From contig JANJGN010000152.1 of assembly GCA_026770705.1 (NCBI GenBank), positions 930,001-994,000 on the forward strand: a stretch of 64,000 nucleotides of DNA. The letters are read 5' to 3'. The translations under genes were made by a program, and so were the position numbers. This stretch comes from Isurus oxyrinchus (lineage: Eukaryota). Shown here one piece after another: positions 60,735 through 64,000 of the stretch. The notes beneath the pieces are model-generated. The model was not told the origin of the DNA and ran no database searches. It saw only the letters and a list, made by a program, of their open reading frames with translations. Position 1 is the stretch's first letter. The number at the start of each line of letters is the position of its first letter.

Positions 60735-61700
60735 TGACCCAGGATGGCGGCCGTTAACCTGGGCCTGTTCCCGGGAGGGAGAAGCCCCGCAGCTGCAAAC
60801 CAGGAGCTGATAATTATTCATAACGGTTACTCCAGCTCACAATGCCCGGGCAGTGATTGACGGCAGGGACGGACCAATAGGAACGAAAGCTGTTGATCCT
60901 CCAATCGGACTGAATGGGGGACGGGGCTGAGCACATAACTCCCTCATCCCTCATTGTCTCCGCAGGCGCCCCGGCTGCGCACTGTCCCTGATAAAGGTGG
61001 CGGCCGATAATCCGGGCCTGTTTCGGAGAAAAGCCCGAGAAGCTGTTGCCTTTCAAATACTGTGCCCAAGCTTCGTATTCGGGGCGTGAGGCTTAAACAA
61101 GGTGTTTATGAAGCCTCCCTCTTGACCCACTCGGCGGTAACTAACCGGCTGAGAATTTCCACACAGCCGCTTCAGTCATCCACCATCCAGCAATGCGCAT
61201 GCTCCAGCTCACAATGCCCATCATCAATAGGCACATTGGGCGGGGCTGGAGGACGGAGAGGGAGCGGCTGTCCCTCCAACGAATCGGAATGAATGAGGGG
61301 CGGGGCTGAGCCCGGATGTCCCTCATTGGCAGAAACTCTGCATCATCCTGAAAGTTAATTTGTCTCAAACTCCAGGAGAAAACTGGATCTTTCTGTTTGT
61401 GGCTTAAAACAGATGAAACCCAGTTGGTGTGGAGCAATTATTTCAATATTTGTTACTGAAATGTGGGAACACGATGAAACAATGGACACACAATTCAAGG
61501 GCTGACTTTGAGGAATAACTGGGTAGACAGGGAATTTCACCATTAGAACAAGGAGAGTCCCTGGTTTCAATAAATGAACCGGCAGAAGGTTTAGGACAGG
61601 TTAGGGAGAAGGTTAATACTGTCATCATTCAGAACAACAAAGAATATAAAGGAAGAACTGATTTCAAAGACAAACTCTTGTATTATGTATGGATGATATG
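60735..61700 (-). promoter_or_regulatory. ZNF promoter cassette (two tandem cores) and CpG island
   Basis: 61190-61700 is an inverted copy of 27280-27790; second core at 60830-60960; YY1-like aggatggcggc at 60741. Confidence 0.72.
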
Positions 61701-62409
61701 CTGAATAAGTTTAAAAGGGGTTTTCTATATTAGACAAAATCTAGAACTCAGATGAGGGTATTGATTGGTGTTTGGTGGGAAGATCTGGATCAGTCTTTTA
61801 CTCCAGGAAGCCTTAAAGTCAGAGTGACACTATTTCAGAACAGATTTCTGTGATAGCAGCAATCCCATTGCAAACTTTCAGTATCACCAATGGAAGTATT
61901 TAAAGTGGAGACCAGAGGGGTGCTTAAGAATGATGGACACAAGGAATCTGTGAACTATCTGAGGATAACAGTGTGCAGAAAGGAAGGGATCTGGAAAGGA
62001 GCTGACACTTCATGTTGTTCTAGGTGAAGTGGGTCCTAGTTGTGTCGGTGTCAGGTTTTATACAGCACACGGTCAGCCTGTGGTTTCACCCTGGATGAAG
62101 AATCTCTGAATGGTACCATTCAAATCACTCGATGGGATTCTCTGAGAACCAACATCGTCTGCTCAAAGAGAGGAAGGTTTTGTGTTACAGCTAATGAGAA
62201 GCATCATACACACTCAGAGACCTACACACAAAGACCCATATCCTCTCTCACACACAAGCACACACATCCACATGCACACAAACTAACACACACAGCCATC
62301 TCCCCACCACCACCCCCCGCACATTCTCACAAGGAACAGGTCATCTGCCATCAGATGGGCACTTGCCACCCTGAATAAAACTGGGGATAAAGTATTGATG
62401 TCTGTAAGG

Positions 62410-63420
62410 GCCATAATATTAGATAAATCCAAGTAAATATTACTCTTGACTCCCTTGTAGATCAAAAATCTGTCTAACTCAGCCTTGAATATATTCAATG
62501 GCCTGGCCTCTACTGCTCTCTGGGGTAGAGAATTCCAAAGACTGACGACCCCCTGAGAGAAGAAATTCCTCATCTCTGTCTTAAATGGGAGACTCCTTAG
62601 TTTTAAACTGTGTCCCCTAGCTCTAGATTTCCTCATGATGGGAAACATCTGCTCAGTATTTACACTGTCATCCCCCCAGTAAGTTCACCTCTCATTCTTC
62701 TGTATCCCAACAAGTATGGATGCAACCTGTTCAACTTTTCCTCATAAGACGCCTTCATTTTAGGAATTGGCCTAATGAACCTTCTCTGAACAGATTCCAG
62801 TGTAAGTATATCATTCCCTAAGTAAGGAGACCAAAACTGTACAAGTACTCCAGCTGCTGTCTCACCAATGTCCTGTGTAGTTGTAGCAAGTTCCCGTTTT
62901 TATACTCCACCCCTTTCCAATAAAGGCCAACACTCCATTTGTCTTCCTCATTACTTGCTGAACGTTCATGTTAATTTTTCATGATTCATGTACAAGGACA
63001 CCTGAGGGAATGGTAGAGGCAGGAACCCTCACAACATTTATGAAGTATTTAGATGAGCACTTGAAATGCCATAGCATGCAGGGCTATGGGCCAAGTACTG
63101 GAAAATGGCCGGCACAATTACGATGGGCCCAAGGACCTGTTTCTGTGCTGTATAAGTCTATGGTTATGACTCTATGACACCCAGATCATTTCTGTACTGC
63201 AGCATTGTGCAGTCTCTCGCCTTTTAAATAATTTTCTACTTTTATATTCTTCCCACCAAAGTGGCAAAGCTCCCATTTTCCCACATGATGCTCCATCTGC
63301 CAAATTTTTGTCCATTCAGGTAACCTATCCATATCCTTCTGCAGACTCTTGATATCCTCCTCACAATTTGCTTTGTATCATCTGTGATTTTGGCTACAAT
63401 ACAGTCAGTTCCTTCATCCA
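62410..63420 (-). mobile_element. CR1 3' fragment carrying a nested plus-strand CR1 tail (63003-63175)
   Basis: RARGHSLKL..RNFFSQGVVSLWNSLP; TSD gacacc at 62997-63002 and 63176-63181. Confidence 0.85.
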
Positions 63421-64000
63421 AATCATTATTAGAGCTGGCTGCTTTTGTCGTCTTCAGTTGTGGGTGATATTGGTCTCCATTCTCCTGGACACTGAATCCA
63501 TCTTGTTCTAAACTGGGTTCAATGTCAGACAGTTCAAGGAGTCAGGAATCATTCACCCTTAGACCTACACGGACAGACAAAACTGCAGACAGTTTTCAGT
63601 AAGGATTCCTCTGGTTCCTCACCATATATTAGTCAGGATACTGAAACCCAGCTTTCTTACAGTCCACTTCTGGAAGCCCCATTCCCTGAGCCTACAATCT
63701 TCAGCAGGGTCAGTGGTGGAGTTCCACAGTGGGAGTGATCTCAGAGTAATTATCAGGAATGCACTCTTGGGGATGTTCCAAGGCATATGGTTTTAGTTAT
63801 CCTGGTGTCTAACACACACACACACACACACACACATGAATAAAACAGGGAATTTCTGAAAACATGCTGCAGGTCCTCCTTTATCTGGAGATCAAATGTC
63901 GGCTGTATGATTGTCCCAGAAGTTAACAGGCTTCTGTGAATCCTCCAGTTAGATGTTCCCTGTTTTAAATTGGTTTATTTTAAATGTATTAACACCAGCT

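Overview
Vertebrate genomic DNA from a cartilaginous fish. The IgM peptide looks like horn-shark-type IgM from memory, but the species was not verified. 1-5.2 kb holds the 3' end of an intact IgM heavy-chain cluster gene: CH3, CH4 plus secretory tail, TM1, TM2 and both poly(A) sites. 6.9-13 kb is a decayed tRNA gene array (Glu, Glu, Leu, Asn; Val at 21.6 kb). 13.8-61.7 kb is a tandem and inverted cluster of at least 8 KRAB-less poly-C2H2 zinc-finger genes and pseudogenes: three ATG-initiated intact ORFs, one intact array with an ACG start, and four decayed copies. These share a CCAAT/GC-box/NRF1/YY1 promoter cassette, a fossil-coding 5' leader and 3' flanks. Everything is embedded in CR1, L2, RTE, Penelope-like, SINE and LTR debris. 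The most notable observations are: (1) an intron-containing pre-tRNA-Arg fused to a CR1 3' fragment and retroposed into an older CR1; (2) a tRNA-headed LINE whose internally deleted form is a SINE; (3) the effector-less ZNF family with shared dead-finger leaders or uORFs; (4) a minimal hammerhead ribozyme in a Penelope repeat; (5) an env-bearing LTR remnant. Repeat boundaries were read by eye and are approximate.
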